Assembly (NCBI RefSeq): GCF_018977255.1 | Contig: NW_024704742.1 | Span: forward strand, 52,020,001-52,084,000 | Direction of reading: 5' to 3' | Origin: Callorhinchus milii | Lineage: Eukaryota | Length of the DNA stretch: 64,000 bases | In this document: positions 48,252 to 61,603 of the stretch, piece after piece | How positions within the stretch are numbered: position 1 is the first letter of the stretch | How the letters are laid out: every line of letters starts with the position of its first letter | Position numbers and translations under genes: made by a program | Notes under the pieces: generated by a model | The model's database searches: none | Told to the model about the DNA's origin: nothing | The model's input: the letters and a program-made list of their open reading frames with translations, nothing else

Positions 48252-50794
48252 ATACAGAATGGGTTCCATTAAATAATTTTATTTTTTCTTTTATGTTTCA
48301 CTTTGAGGAAACAAAATACAGTTTGATATTACAGGCTTATTTTATTAAAATAAAGCATAGCTTTGAAAACTGTTGTTTATTTTTAAATGCCCTTCTGTAT
48401 TCCCTCTTGTTCATTTTTTATTTATTTCCACTCAAAACTCTGGTTACCAAAAACAATTTGCATGTTGGGTGTAACTGAATATGCAAACTGGTTACAAGGG
48501 TGACTTTATTACTGAATATGATTATCTCTTTACTGTGGAGTTTTGCTTTTGTGAGTGTTATATTGCAGTGCATTGAAAGCGTGTGATTGGACTTCGCTAC
48601 AAAGGAGACAAGTCTGTAATTAGTACAATAAAGTCTACAATCTGATATTGACAAACGTAGGAATCTGAAGATATTCCACCAATACATAGTTAAGGATTTC
48701 ACCAGTATTTAGTCCCAGCGTTGCTTGGATTCAGTAATCTATTTGCAGAAAGCTGGGAAGTAATCCATATTAAAAATGTGCATCGTTACTGAAAGCTCAT
48801 GTTGCCACAATTCATAGCTCCATCACTATCTGTTCCAGGTTGTTTTATATTGATTCATGCTACAGGGTACCGCAAGAGTACACATTGTTTCAGGCTCCAC
48901 TCAAAGCAGGTCTCTTGAGAATTTTTGGATGGACCGACAGACTGCTTAAAAACATTTAATGAGACAATCTGAATGTAATTGTAGAAAAGATTGCGGGATA
49001 ACTAGAACATTTTTAAAAAAACATTGACATTAAAAATACCAATTCGCTCTGGTTAGTAGATATGTGTATGCACAGAGTTCTCCTCATTTCTCAACCAATG
49101 ACATTTTGAAGAGCGAAATATAAATCCTGTTTTCCGCTTCTAACCACTTTATGCTAGAGCGTTAATGATTCACTTCAAGCAGTATAAACTGGGCATTAAT
49201 TGAATAGGTAACCATGGAGATAATCACTGATAAGTGACTGAAGATATAAAAATATATAAAACACATGTGATTTCTCCAGCTTTTAATTTCTATAATGTCT
49301 CTCCTATGAAAAAAATGCAGTTATATTGAAAATAATATGCTTTTAAAAAAATAATCTACCCTTACACATGGCTGGCAATGTTTGGGGTTGATGATTTAAT
49401 GTTAATGTTTTTGTCTCTGTCAATGGAAGTTTTAATTCAGTATGTTCCCACATGCTCACTTTCATTGTTCACTCGCAAGAGTTGTAAATACACCAAACAA
49501 CAAGTAACATGCAAGAGTGCTGCAGATTAATCAAATATCGCCTTTTAAATCCCTCAAAAAAAAATCCATACTGTCTTACAACCTTACCAGCATCGGTTCA
49601 AATTCATTTTATTATATGCAGAGTCCAGTCATTCTGAAAGTCATCATCCAGGCTGCCATCTCAAAAAGGGAATGTGTATAGCTGGTACTGAATGGTACTC
49701 TGGCTGTAAAACAGCTGTTTGTGGCAGGCCGTATTTAATATGAGGTTGTATAATCAAGCACAACACTAAATTGTGATGAAATATTTTAATTCCTTACTGT
49801 ACTTTGGTCAGCATCAAATGGATTTTATAATCCAGGTTACAACATGGATATTATTCTGTTTGGGTAAATGAAAAAGACGGGATTCTGGGCATATGTCCAG
49901 GGGCAGCATACTGTAATACTGTGCACAGGCAATAGTGCCCCAATGTCATTTCAGGAGGACATCTTTAAGTGCTTCACGCAGCTGACTCAGTACCATAAAA
50001 GAGCACTTTTGTACCTATTCGTGGTGGGTAATATTTGCAGGTTAACTGTCATTGTTAGGGCCAAATACAAACTAATTAAATGGTTGTATGTGTATCCTCT
50101 GATTATGTCTTTGTTCTTTTCTAATTACCAGGTCTCCATCTACATATTTTGTAATTCAGTAACTAAATATTGAAGTCACAATCTGATTAGCTCTCCTATT
50201 TCCATGAGTGTATACTGAATCTCTGTCTCTACATTGTGAGGTACTAAAATTTGCGAGTGGCCTGCAATTTTCTGAAATATAATACCAATAACAATACTTT
50301 TTGAAAGGAATTGTTGGGGTTTTAATTTAGATTTCTGCTCTTGAGTATTGCATTTTTTTGTTTTATTTCACCTATAAAATGCATGGGCACTACACTTTAC
50401 AATAAACCCTGTGAAGCTCTTTGAGACATCCTCTTGATGAGAAAGATTCTACAATATATCAAATGTAAGGAATGCCTTTCAGCCCATTCGGTCTTTCCTG
50501 CCCCTCCCATTCCCCCCCCCCCTTTTTCGTAGCTGAGATAGAGCCACAGATACGATAATCAGATTCAATATTTGTCATTGTAATAATAAAATAATAATCC
50601 TTGCATTTAATATTGTGCCATTCATTTTGAGAGGACATGTATGTCTGAGCCAGGCTGACATCAGATTGTACCAAGCACCATGTGACAAATGGAGTCAAGG
50701 AACACTGGGAAAGAACAAATGGAAGATGAAAAGACCATTTGCTCATCAAGTTTGTTTCTTGCAGAGGCAAACATCAAGTTTGTCTCCGCAAGTT

Positions 50795-51170
50795 TGTCTC
50801 ACCGCTGAGTCAGAAGGTTGTGGATTCAATTCCCACATCAGGACTTTAAATTCATAATCTAGGCAGACACTTCAGTGCCATGCTGTTGGTGTGGTGCATC
50901 ATCAGAGATGCCATCCTTCAGATGAGACATTAAACTGAGCACCCATCTGCCTGTTTGGGTAGACGTTAAAGATCCAATGGTACTGCTCGTGAAGAGAAGA
51001 GAGGTTCTCCCTAATGCTGACCTACAATCCAGAAAAAAATGTAATTTACTTTGTGGCTTTGATAGGACATTGCTGTATGCAAATTGGCTGCTAAACTTTG
51101 TGGTAAATTATGTGAAGCGCTTTGAGATTTTTTGCCAGTATGCCATTGTGCAAGGATTATTTATTATTTT
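50795..51170 (+). mobile_element. Deu-domain SINE
   Basis: ctgagtcagaaggttgtggattcaattccc...cttcagatgagacattaaactgag... plus tail. Confidence 0.85.
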
Positions 51171-51984
51171 CTGAGACAATTTAGCTGGAGTGAGTTAAAA
51201 CACCCAATAATCTAGTTGGACAGCCACATCAATAATTAAGAACGGATGCTGCCTGTTTAAGGAGAGCTCTGCATGTGAGCCTGAGAATTATTTGTTGCTT
51301 TTATGTAAATTGATATATGAATATTTTCTATAAAGAGCTAATGACTTGTGATGACTAGGGTCCTATAAGTTTTACTCTTGGTTTTTCATGCTGCAGTAAA
51401 TGTTTATGCTGCTTAAGGAATGCAATGAAATTAGAGACTTGTAGCTGGTGATAAATCTTGACTGCATTTCTTTATTCAGCTCTCTTCCATATGTTTGGTT
51501 TATCCTATGTAACTGCAAAACAAACTTTTGTTATGCATAGATTTTACTGATGCATATGTTACTTTTAGCAATGGGAATTGCAGAAGAAGAAAAACTGGAG
51601 TCAAAACTGCAATTTTCGTAAATAGTGTACATTCTGTTCCTTATTTAAGGAACATGGTTAAATTGTGTTTTGAATCTGACCGGCTTCCTTAATCTGAATA
51701 ATGGTAGCGCCCAAACCATCTAAGATTCCTATTATCAGGGATTATTTTTGATTACTGATAATGGCCTTTTTGGGCTTTTCAGAGGGCATTGGACTAACTA
51801 AATCTGATTAGGATAGCACACCATGACTAAACCTAGACTGTCCATTTTCTGCACCAGTAAACGGCAACGGAGGCCTTGCTAAAATCTACAAGCTCTAGCA
51901 GCCCAAAGGAAAGCCCCGGACACCAGCTTCTTCAATTTCCATTTAGCAGAGATCATTTCAGAGCAACAAAAATGTGCTGTCCAA

Positions 51985-52175
51985 GCTTATGCAGGGATAT
52001 TGGGAATATCTCTGCTATCCAGTATCGTAAAGTAAAACAAAATTCTATACCTCTCAAACTTCTCATTCGATTTCTTTGCCAAATAGCTATCAATTCAATC
52101 TTGAATTTGCTGATAAAAACAGCTATTCCCATCTCCCTAGGCAGTCCATTCCACATATTCTCTGTGTAAAGCAAA
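51985..52175 (-). mobile_element. Decayed CR1 ORF2 C-terminus
   Basis: MWNGLPREMGIAVFISKFKIEL. Confidence 0.6.
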
Positions 52176-53339
52176 TAAATCTAAGATGTCATCTGTCAAT
52201 TTGTTATTGCCTTGAGGTCACGTGTAAATAGAGTGATGATCTCTATTGATGTAATGCATGTCATCTTGAACATCATGTTCTTTAAGAAAAACAAATGTCC
52301 AAATCAAAGACATGTTCATTTATTGGAGCATCTTGGTGGATACAGCGCTGCCTGAATCACACCAACAGAGTGTAGTTCTTAAGCACATCTCCATTTTAGC
52401 AGGTCTTGACCAGAACAAAAAGTTCAAAAATGCTTTCTGTGTTTCATATTGGAATGTCCCCTCCCCCTCTAGCATGGCTATTAAGGATATTACCATTTTT
52501 ACTGGTGACTAAACATGCCCATAGACACTATTAAAGTCATTAACATCTCAATCTGAAGCTTCTGCTAAATGTCTTGGCTGCTATTTGCTAAGATTTATTT
52601 CAAATGATAAGATTTTTTTTCACTTGCATCTGTCTTACAATTGGTGTGTTCAGTGTTTGAACAAACAACGAAGCGTGACCTAAACATAGGAACAGAGGTT
52701 AATGCTGGGTGAGACACAAATCTGGGCATATGTGTGTAGCACTGAAAGGTTAAAGATTGCTGAGCCAGTCTTCCTGCAAAGTACGATGACACAGTATTTA
52801 AGAGAACCAGCTCCTTTAAACTCACAGGGATACAAGTGAAATCATACCCCAATAGAATGGGAAGCCTGAAAGAGATACCTAAGTTTTGGGGCTAACTTTC
52901 ATATTTGTTTGCACGAAAATAAAATATAAAGAGGAAGTTTCACAGTAAATACTCTTTCCTAAAATCAAACATTTAAAAGATTAGTGTTCACTTGAACATA
53001 TTTCTGTTTGTCTGTTAAGTTTTTTTAAAAAAAAATTGTTTCTCTCACAAATTAACAGTTACTCCACTTCACACTAAAACAATCCTGTGAAGCGCTTTGC
53101 TATATCTACCCAATGTGAAAGGAGCTGTATCAAATACAAGTATTATTATTATAATTTTGTTTCTTCAGTGAATGGCAATCATTCCATGAGGAGAACTATT
53201 TGATACTGTGTCTGTGTGTATGATCAAGCTGGATCAACTTGCTGATGAATTATTAAGATCACTGAAGCACTATGGAATAATGACTATACTTATGCTAATT
53301 CAATTCCCTCACAACAACAGACTCTAAATCAGTTCCTTG

Positions 53340-53590
53340 TGCTTCTCCTGTTGGCTCAGAGAGTTCACTCAGTTAATAGCTGAGCTATGCAAACTGGAAA
53401 TATCCCTGTTCTGGGCTGAGTGAGTTGGTCTCAGCTGGGCTGGCACTTGGCCTCAGCACTCTGGGTCAGATCAACTATGGTTCACACCGCAATTGGTAAT
53501 CAGTGACCACCGCTGGAGGTACATATCACCCCAAAAGCTGTTGGATAAAATAACAGAAGGCTCTGCTGAAATGCCCTCATAATATCAATC
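53340..53590 (+). mobile_element. Ancient SINE-like fragment (possibly AmnSINE2-like)
   Basis: tggctcag head; gctgagtgagttggtctcagctgg...ttggcctcagcactctggg...cagtgaccaccgctgga. Family assignment from memory only. Confidence 0.4.
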
Positions 53591-53949
53591 AAAGAAGTAT
53601 GAACATTATATTTCAATTGTTGGAACTAACCAGATGGATCACCATAATTTTCTGTAGTCTTGCCACTTCTTGCCAATTCTTATTAGAATTTGGTAATGAG
53701 CCCTTCATAAAAAAACTTGGTCATTCAATCCATGACTGTTTCTGGAACATTGCTCTGTGAAATTGGCTGCTGCATTTCACCCACAAGATATACAGTCAAT
53801 TCACTTTAGTGAATATTCTATGAAGCACTTTGAGATGTCTCAACAAAGTGATGAAGCACTATATCAAATGCAAGGATTATTATTATTATAAGAATATTGA
53901 GTGACTAATAATAGAGAAAAAAATCCTGCGAATATTCTGATAGAAGTGG

Positions 53950-54205
53950 ATCCCATTTGTTAGTCAATTGGTGGATTGCTTTTCCAGGGGTAATAATTCC
54001 TTCAAACAAACAAATAAATAATAATAATAATTTAGTCCCTCAATCCATCACTGTTTGTGGGCCACTGCTGTGCTCAATTGGCTGTCACATTTCACCCACA
54101 AAATATAGTCAACTAACTTTTACAGTATATTCTGTGAAGTGCTTTGAGACATCTCGAAGACATGATAAGGCACTATGTCAAATGCAAGGATTATTATTAT
54201 TATTA
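53950..54205 (+). mobile_element. Same SINE, 5'-truncated long form (another 3' half at 53715-53890)
   Basis: ttgttagtcaattggtggattgcttttccagggg through the (tta)n tail. Confidence 0.88.
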
Positions 54206-55767
54206 AATTGTACCACTTTACACTGTTAGCACATTGCTGTGGAATGATCTGTGACAGTTTTATTAGTCTTACTCTGAGGCATTAGAGCATGCATTAATAT
54301 TGCCACCTCCTAGACATAAATCAGTGGATTATGCCACTATTCACTATATATATATATATGTTATATATGTTATGGTTAGAATAAAACTTCACAAATTCCA
54401 ATGAATTACCAGTCCTCCGCAGTGTTTGTGGATTTTGAGGCAGATTTTACAAGGAGGGAAGGGATCAGTGAGTGGGGTGGGGTGAAATGGGTCACTTTCA
54501 ACTTCCTGTACCATCACCTCTCTCTGACACACAAACATAATTTCAGAACACACGACAATCAAAATGTCATGGAAACACTCAATCTGTCATCAGTGTTCAT
54601 TTCCTGACTTAAACCTGAACAGTGAGTCAAACAGTAAAAATCTGACAGGGGAAAGGGGCTGCCAGAGGGAGAAAAACAATAAAATACACTTTGCATTGAC
54701 ATATATAACAACAGCACAAAGTACAAATAAAATGTCACTGCATATATTTGTGAAAATTACAAGGGAAATGTAGCAAATGAAATGTTAATATTTTGTATTA
54801 TATATAGCTAGCCCTGGTCAGATATTTGCAAATTGGCAACTAATACACTAGTTGCCAATATCTGACCTGTGTTCCTGTTTTCCTTATGCAGCCCAGAGCA
54901 TGGCTGAATACCAGCTTTATGGAGAGTAAATGTGCTAGAAAAGTAAGTATATCCTGAAGCTATGTAGAATTATTCCTCATTCTCTGCCTTTTCACTGCAG
55001 CTGGCTCAAGTACTCATCCCTCCAGCCAAAAGCCTCAGCCTGCTACTTGTGATATTGATTCAAAGTAAATTCATGTGTCTGCCACAATGTTTCCTTGGTA
55101 CGTGCCTCTTACAGCCTTTTTTTTGGTCAGCCAGGTGTCTGACACATGCGGAAATCCATATCACCATGCTTGAGAGTATCCAAATCAAGCTGAGATTTCC
55201 ATGCATCCCATCTAGAGTGATGGAATATCTCTGCACTGCAATGTGACTTATGGCCTTCAGAGCTGTTTCTAAAAGAATATGATCAGTTTGAGTGTAAATG
55301 TAAACAGACCATAACGCCTCTCTCAGTGACGCTGAAGTTACTCCAACTTCTATTGTAATACAGTACAAATAATAGTGTTTATATGACTGACAGTGAAAAT
55401 TGAAGGTAGAATATCATAATCAGAGTGTAATAGCAGAGACGATATTCAAGCAAGTATATTTTTATATTATTCTTGTGGTATGTTTGAAGAACCTTGAAAA
55501 ACAGATTGTAGGAAAGCAGCTACAGTATTTCTTTACTGGAGTACTGCCACCTTTGTGAAGTTATCAGGCTCTGCTTACAGGCCATAAGCAAATATTCATG
55601 CTGAAACATTTTACTGGGTAGTGAATCAATGCATCACTTCCGAGTAACATTGTTATGACAAATGCTATCCAACTCTTCTGAGCTGCTTCCTTCTGCAAAC
55701 TGGTTCCTTTTACGATGAAGCCACTTCAGTGAGGGCTTACAAGCAGCATCCTCTCTATCCTGACTTT

Positions 55768-57195
55768 GCAACAATAACAACAACAAAATTACATTTATAT
55801 AGCGCCTTTCGTATTGGGAGGATGTCCCAAGGCACTGGACAGACAGAGTTTCGGACCCGAGCTGAGGGTCGGGGTGGGGGAGGGGGAAGGGCCGGGGAGG
55901 AAGCAGGGAGATCGAAAGTACGATCGAAGAAGAGGGTCTTGAGGTGGGTCTTGAAGGTGGTAAGGGAGGGGACGAGATGGAGGGACTGCGGGATTGAGTT
56001 CCAGAGGGTGGGTGCAGAGTGTTGAAAGGCCCACCCACCGTAGTGGGGCGAGCAAGGCAGCGAACGTGAAGCAGGCCAGAGTCCGCTGAGTGGAGGGAGA
56101 CAACAGGATGGTAGGGGGTTAGGAGGTTGGAGAGGTAGGGGGGAGCAAGACCATGGAGGGCTTTTAAGCTGAAGACCGGGATCTTGAAATGTATCCCTCT
56201 GTGTGATGGGAAGTCAGTGGAGTTGGGCAAGGATGGGGGTGATAGGGTCATGGAGCCTGGTGTGGGAGAGGACACGGACTGCAGAGTTCTGGATGATCTG
56301 CAGCCTGTGGAGGGAGGAGTTGGGGAGGCCGACAAGCAGTGAGTTTGCGTAGTCGAGCCTCGAAGTAATGAAAGCGTGTATGAAGGTTTCGGCGGCCTGC
56401 GGTGTGAGACAGTGTCGGAGCCGGGTGACGTTGCGGAGATGGGGGAAGGCAGAGCGGGTCATGGTGCGAATGTGGGATAGAAAGGATAGTTGAGGGTTGA
56501 ACAACACCCCAAGGTTCCGGACTGGCTTAGCAAGGTTGAGTGTGCAACCATGGATGGTGATACTGTCAGTGTCTGAGGTGAGGAGATGCTGACGGGAGCC
56601 AATCAGAAGTGCCTCGGTCTTGTTGATGTTCAACTGAAGAAAGTTAGTTCTCATCCAGGACTTGATGTCTGACAGTGGTCCTAGAGTCAAAATGGAGGCA
56701 GAGAGGTAGAGTTGGGTGTCATCCGCATACATGTGGATGTTGACTCCATGTCTGCAGATGATGTCACCAACGGGGAGCATTTAGATGTTGAAGAGGAAGG
56801 GACCAAGGACAGAGCCCTGAGGAACGCTGCATGAAATGGTCCGGGGGCTAGAGGAAAAGCCATTTGAGGAAATGAAGTGCAGGCAATGTGAGAGGTACGA
56901 TCTGAACCAGTCAAGGACAGCGCCATGGAGGTTGATGTGAGAGGAGAGGCAGTGGATGAGGATAGAGTGGTCGACGGTGTCGAAAGCAGCAAAGAAGTCA
57001 AAGAGGACAAGGAGGCAGAGGGAGACCTGATCGCAGATGGACAGAATGTCATTTGTCACTTTGACCAGGGTGGTTTCTGTGCTGTGGAAGCTCGAGAAGG
57101 GAGAGCCGGGAGAGGAAGGAGCGAAGCTGAGAAGCAACAACTCATTCCAAGATCGTGGAGAGGAAGGGGAGGTTGGAGATGGGGCGGTAGTTAAA
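55768..57195 (-). mobile_element. L2-clade LINE, 5'-truncated (~1.4 kb), decayed reverse transcriptase plus 3' tail
   Basis: ORF pieces carry HSTETTLVKVTND, FDFFAAFDTVDH, VPQGSVLGPFLF, YADD, LNINKTE, SRLDYANSLL and LQIIQNSAVR. In-frame stop at 56781-56783 and a frameshift near 56215. (TTG)n tail at ~55768-55786. Confidence 0.95.
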
Positions 57196-57479
57196 GAGTA
57201 GAGAAGGGTCTACAGATTATAGCTATTCTGATAAAAAAAAATTGTATTTTGTTAACCTACTTTTATGTTTTATATGTTTCTATCTAGATTTAAATCTTCC
57301 ATTCCCTCTACAGGAGCAAGATGTTTCTGTACAGAATTCTTCAAAAAGGATAGTTCAGGATCTATGCATCTGTGATGAATGCCAGCTTTGAACAGAAAGA
57401 ACAGAACAGAAAGAAGCACAGGATCACACAAGAGAGGTTTGGATGAAGAGAGTCCTTTTGGTTAATGAATCTTATCCTT

Positions 57480-57690
57480 CCAGAATATTGTGCCAACTTG
57501 CCGCTCCCTTTAATAAGCAGGCACCAGCTTGTTTCATGCCCCCCGCCCTACCTGTCCCACCATCAACAGTTGGGTTTTCAGTCTATCTACCACCACTCTC
57601 AGAAACTCCATCCACAAGTCTCTCCAACTTGCACCCTCCTTCACCCCTTTCACGGATTGTCTCAATCCCTTTCTCTTTAATCCTCTTTCG
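57480..57690 (+). mobile_element. Highly decayed L2 3' fragment
   Basis: Weak match to the GWVFSLSTTTLRNSI segment. Confidence 0.55.
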
Positions 57691-58639
57691 GAAACAGTAA
57701 ATAACTTGAATAAAAGGAATAGCTTATTTGTGATTTATAGGATATGCAAATATTTATAATGAGTGCTAATAAGCAGTATGTTATTTGCTAAACATTATTG
57801 TAGGATCAGGGTCATATGTTTCCTCTAATTTTAAACATTGCAGATTTTCTAAACAGTTTTATTAGCTGTATCGGTACAAGTCAAAATATTTGTAAACTGC
57901 TTAAGTCAAATACATATTGGTGAGCAAAATATTTTAACCACAAAATACAATTGCAAGGAAGTAATTATGTCTTAAAGGGACGCTGAAATTCTGGTCTTAA
58001 GCTAACAAAAGTAAGTTGTAACGGAACACAATGTACCACAGAACTCTGTTTAAAGGTAGGTTACAATTGTGAAGCCTCTTATTACAGTGCAGGAACTTGA
58101 AATTGTGTTTGCAGCTCTGTTAGTTGAGATTTGCACAGGGTGGTTGATTTTTTTTAAGCCATTTGATTCAAGAAGACTTTGTAACTGTCTCTGTATTGGA
58201 TAGTGGCAGCATTTGTTTGAGTGTGCCTCTCAAACTTTATAAATGAAAGCATTGTGATATTTAAAGAAAAGTTTCCCACACTTCTGGATAATTTTATGCT
58301 CTTCCATTACCCCTACTGAAAATATCATCTACTGAAAATGAACTGTATTGCAGACAAATTAGGTGTAACTATCACATACATTTAAAGATTTTGGTTGCAT
58401 TCTATGGGGGAAGGGGGTTGCAAAGTATTAAGCAAGCTCTTTTCATCCAGGTGGGAAGATATAGGTAGGGTGAATCACTCTAAACCACTCTCAAAGCACC
58501 TTTAGTATCCAATGCAGAGACACACTGGTAGGTAACTTGATAACCTGACTGCTGCATTGTTGACCAATGAAAGGTGTGTGGCCTGGGAAGACACAAAGAT
58601 AGAGGATGGAAAATACTTATTAAAAAATTTAATAAAAGA

Positions 58640-58880
58640 GGTCCATTTGGACCGTTGAGCTTGCTTTAATATATGTATGGCAACTGTTTAATTTGATTTC
58701 CTTTCCTTTTCTTCATGCCCCCTAATATCCTTACTTACCAAATGCTGTATCTCTCTCCCATGCCTCAATTGACTGTATCTGTATATTTCTGAGGCATTAT
58801 GTTCCTGACTCTAATGATCTTTAGTGTAAAGAATGTTTTTCTGGACTTCCCTTTCACCAGCCGAGCTCTCAGTTTAGAGT
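58640..58880 (-). mobile_element. Decayed CR1 3' end
   Basis: Antisense KGKSRKTFFTLKIIRVRNIMP-like segment. Confidence 0.55.
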
Positions 58881-58904
58881 TATGTCAGATTGCCTTGGTT
58901 TCTC

Positions 58905-59380
58905 CAACTACAACAACTTGCATTTATATAGCACCCTTCAGGTGGGGTAGCATCCCGGAGCACATGACAGTGGCGGAGTCTGACCCCGAGCCAGGGGGAG
59001 ATGGAGGGGGGAGGTGACCATAAGCACGATCAAAAAGGAAGGTCTTTAGGCGGGATTTGAAAGCGTGGAGGGAGGGGGCAAGGTGGAGGGATTGAGGGAG
59101 AGAGTTCCAGTGTTTCGGGGTGAAGTGCCTGAAGGCATGGCCACCGATGGTGGAGATGAGGGGACGAGGGACAAACAGGAGGACTGAGTCAGCCGAATGG
59201 AGGCAGTGGGTGGGAGAGTGAGGGGGGTAAGCAAATCAGATGCATTGGAATAGTGCAGCCAGGAAGTGACTAAAGCGTGGACAACGGTTTCTGCTGCTTT
59301 CGTTGTGAGGTATGGATGGAGGCAGGCAATGTGATGGAGGTGGAAAAAAGTGGTCCTGGTCAGGGAACAGATGTGGGGTA
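58905..59380 (-). mobile_element. L2 3' fragment with internal deletion
   Basis: Tail at 58905; GA-rich antisense ORF2 end like the other copies. Confidence 0.8.
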
Positions 59381-59429
59381 GAATGTAGAGTGAAGAGTCA
59401 TTCCCTATTCACTCCTTAATAGCTAACTG

Positions 59430-59502
59430 AACTAAGTGCTCTGAGACGCCGTCCGGCATGGAGGGCGCTATATAAATCCAAGTTGTTGTTGTTGTTGTTG
59501 TT
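59430..59502 (+). mobile_element. L2 3' tail
   Basis: aagtgctctgagacgc...gagggcgctatataaatccaag(ttg)n; same subtype as 6873-6934. Confidence 0.75.
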
Positions 59503-60439
59503 GAACTGATGTTACATCAACTGTGGAAGGAGTAAAAAAACAGCAGAAGAGGGCAACCACATAGATATTGCAATGGTAAAGGAATTGCACAAACACTTCA
59601 TTGGATTATTCTTTGCAATTATGGCCAAACCTACATCCAAACAATGAACCAATAAGCTGGGAGTAATATGGCTGTCTCTCCTGCAAAACATCTTAGTGAC
59701 GAGATGGGTCCTAGTTAATGTAAAAGTTTTACTCTGGAATGATGAAATGTATCAAATCCCTACTAAAATTTGCCCGTTTTACAAGTTTTTTTCAAATTAG
59801 CTTTAAAACTGATCTGAATATGCAGCAGACCTTAGTGTATTTTTTTGAATTACAGGTAAATTACTGTACTGCATTCCACTTTAACAGGGTGTTTGTACTT
59901 TACTGGCTGCTACTGTAGCAATCTCACGCTCTTGAATGAAATGCTGAAAAGAGATCAGTTGCTTGTCTGGGCTGGAGGGAGGGGGGAGGGGGGAGAAGAA
60001 TAGAAAATAAAAGTGTGAGGGATCAGCAGACGCCTTTTATTGACCTCCACGTAGCTAGTTTAAAACAAATAGAAGCCTGAGACGAGTTTACTGCATTCCT
60101 GCCACTTCTGACATGCAATAATAGCCCCCTGTCAAGCTGAGCTGGAGTGTTGATGTTTCCTGTTTGTGCTGCCCTTGCTCATTGGAGAGGTCATAACAGT
60201 AAGTGCTGATCTGTTGCAGAGCACAAGTTCATAACACAACATCAGCAAAGGGACGTAGAGGCCCAAGGAAACAATATCTCTCAGTAATTCTTAATCCAGC
60301 AGATGTTACTTGCAGCAAATAAAAGCTGGATATAAATAGCAATAAGGTTATTTAAAAAAATAATTGAATTGAACCATTTTGTGTGTAGGATGTTACCCGC
60401 TATGATCATTACTGTTATTTTGCCAGATTGCGAGGTCTT

Positions 60440-60665
60440 TGCCATTGACCAGTTTCTTTCAGCCACAATGCCCTGAATCCCTGCCTCAATTCCTCTGTTG
60501 CGTTCCCTCTTTGTCCATCTTCTAAGCACACCTGAAGGCTTCCCTCTTCGATCATGCCTTCCATCACCTCCCCTCTCTTTCCAGCTTGGCATCAAACCAC
60601 ACCACTGTTAAGCGCTCCAACATGCTACCCGTGTGAAGGTCTCTAAATAAATGCAAGTTGGTGTT
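60440..60665 (+). mobile_element. Old L2 3' fragment
   Basis: cacctgaaggcttccctcttcgatcatgcctt segment and tail. Confidence 0.65.
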
Positions 60666-61592
60666 GTTTTTTCAGTTAATCTTCGAGCTATTTCACAAGT
60701 GCACAATGGGGTTGAAAAAGTGCTTTTCAGGTAAATAGTAACAATACTGGAAGTGTGTCTACATCTTCTTCATGGAAACTTTTGTAAGTGATGCTACTAT
60801 AGAATACCCAGTCACTACACTTGACAGTATATTCTGTGAACTCCTTTCAGAAGTTCTCACAATGTAAAGATTATTTTTATATTTAGAAAATTGCTTTACA
60901 TGTGTACTGCGTATAGTGAGGAAAACAAGGATAGAATTATTATTTACCAGAGTACTCCAGAAACTGAAAGTACGTATCATGGGCTTGTCCTGCAGTAATA
61001 CTTCTAATTCTTTTATATTAGTTTGGAACAAAAAAAATGTCAGCAACGGGGACATGAGTACGAAAACTTATTTTGCCATTTGACAAGTCTTCAATAAACA
61101 GATAAATAATCTTTTATACTTTTATATTATGAAATAAGTAGTGGTTCGCTTCACTGATTATAAGTCTATAAACTTTTCCTGCACTATTTGAAAGAGTAGG
61201 CCTCTCTACAAGGGTCTGTCAGAAAGGCTCTCAGAAGTGTAGCACATAAGTCACAGAGGCACTTGAAGCAGCCAAAACAATCCCATTATATTGTCAGAAA
61301 ATATCAAGAATCTACAACTGAATTGATATCTGCGGTACGTGGGGGAGGCTGATGTGATCATGGACTATTGTAGTCACACATTGATAAGAAAGGTTAATCT
61401 ATGTTGCTGTTTGCCCTAAAAGGAGTGCGATTCTGTGCCAGAACAAATTCAGAGTTAGGAATTCAACAAGATTCATGTTGCCAAGTTAATGTCAAAGCTT
61501 TGGAACACTTATTTGTAACTTATGTGTAACTGAAGTTATAGTTACAGTAGGGCTTCAATTGATTCATTCTCTTCTAACTTTTATTTTCAAAG

Positions 61593-61603
61593 GGCTTCGA
61601 ACG
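61593..61603 (+). other. Candidate 11-nt microexon on the plus strand
   Basis: ttCTAAC branch-like motif, ttttattttc tract, aaAG|ggcttcgaacg|GTGAGT. Confidence 0.3.

Noticed and set aside
56214..57140. Functional reverse transcriptase gene or novel RT system
   Set aside because: Ordinary 5'-truncated L2 with an in-frame stop and frameshifts, and no endonuclease or ORF1.
59840..60740. Recursive-splice-like AG|GTAAAT motifs at ~59854 and ~60730
   Set aside because: Short motifs expected by chance in AT-rich DNA; no transcript evidence.
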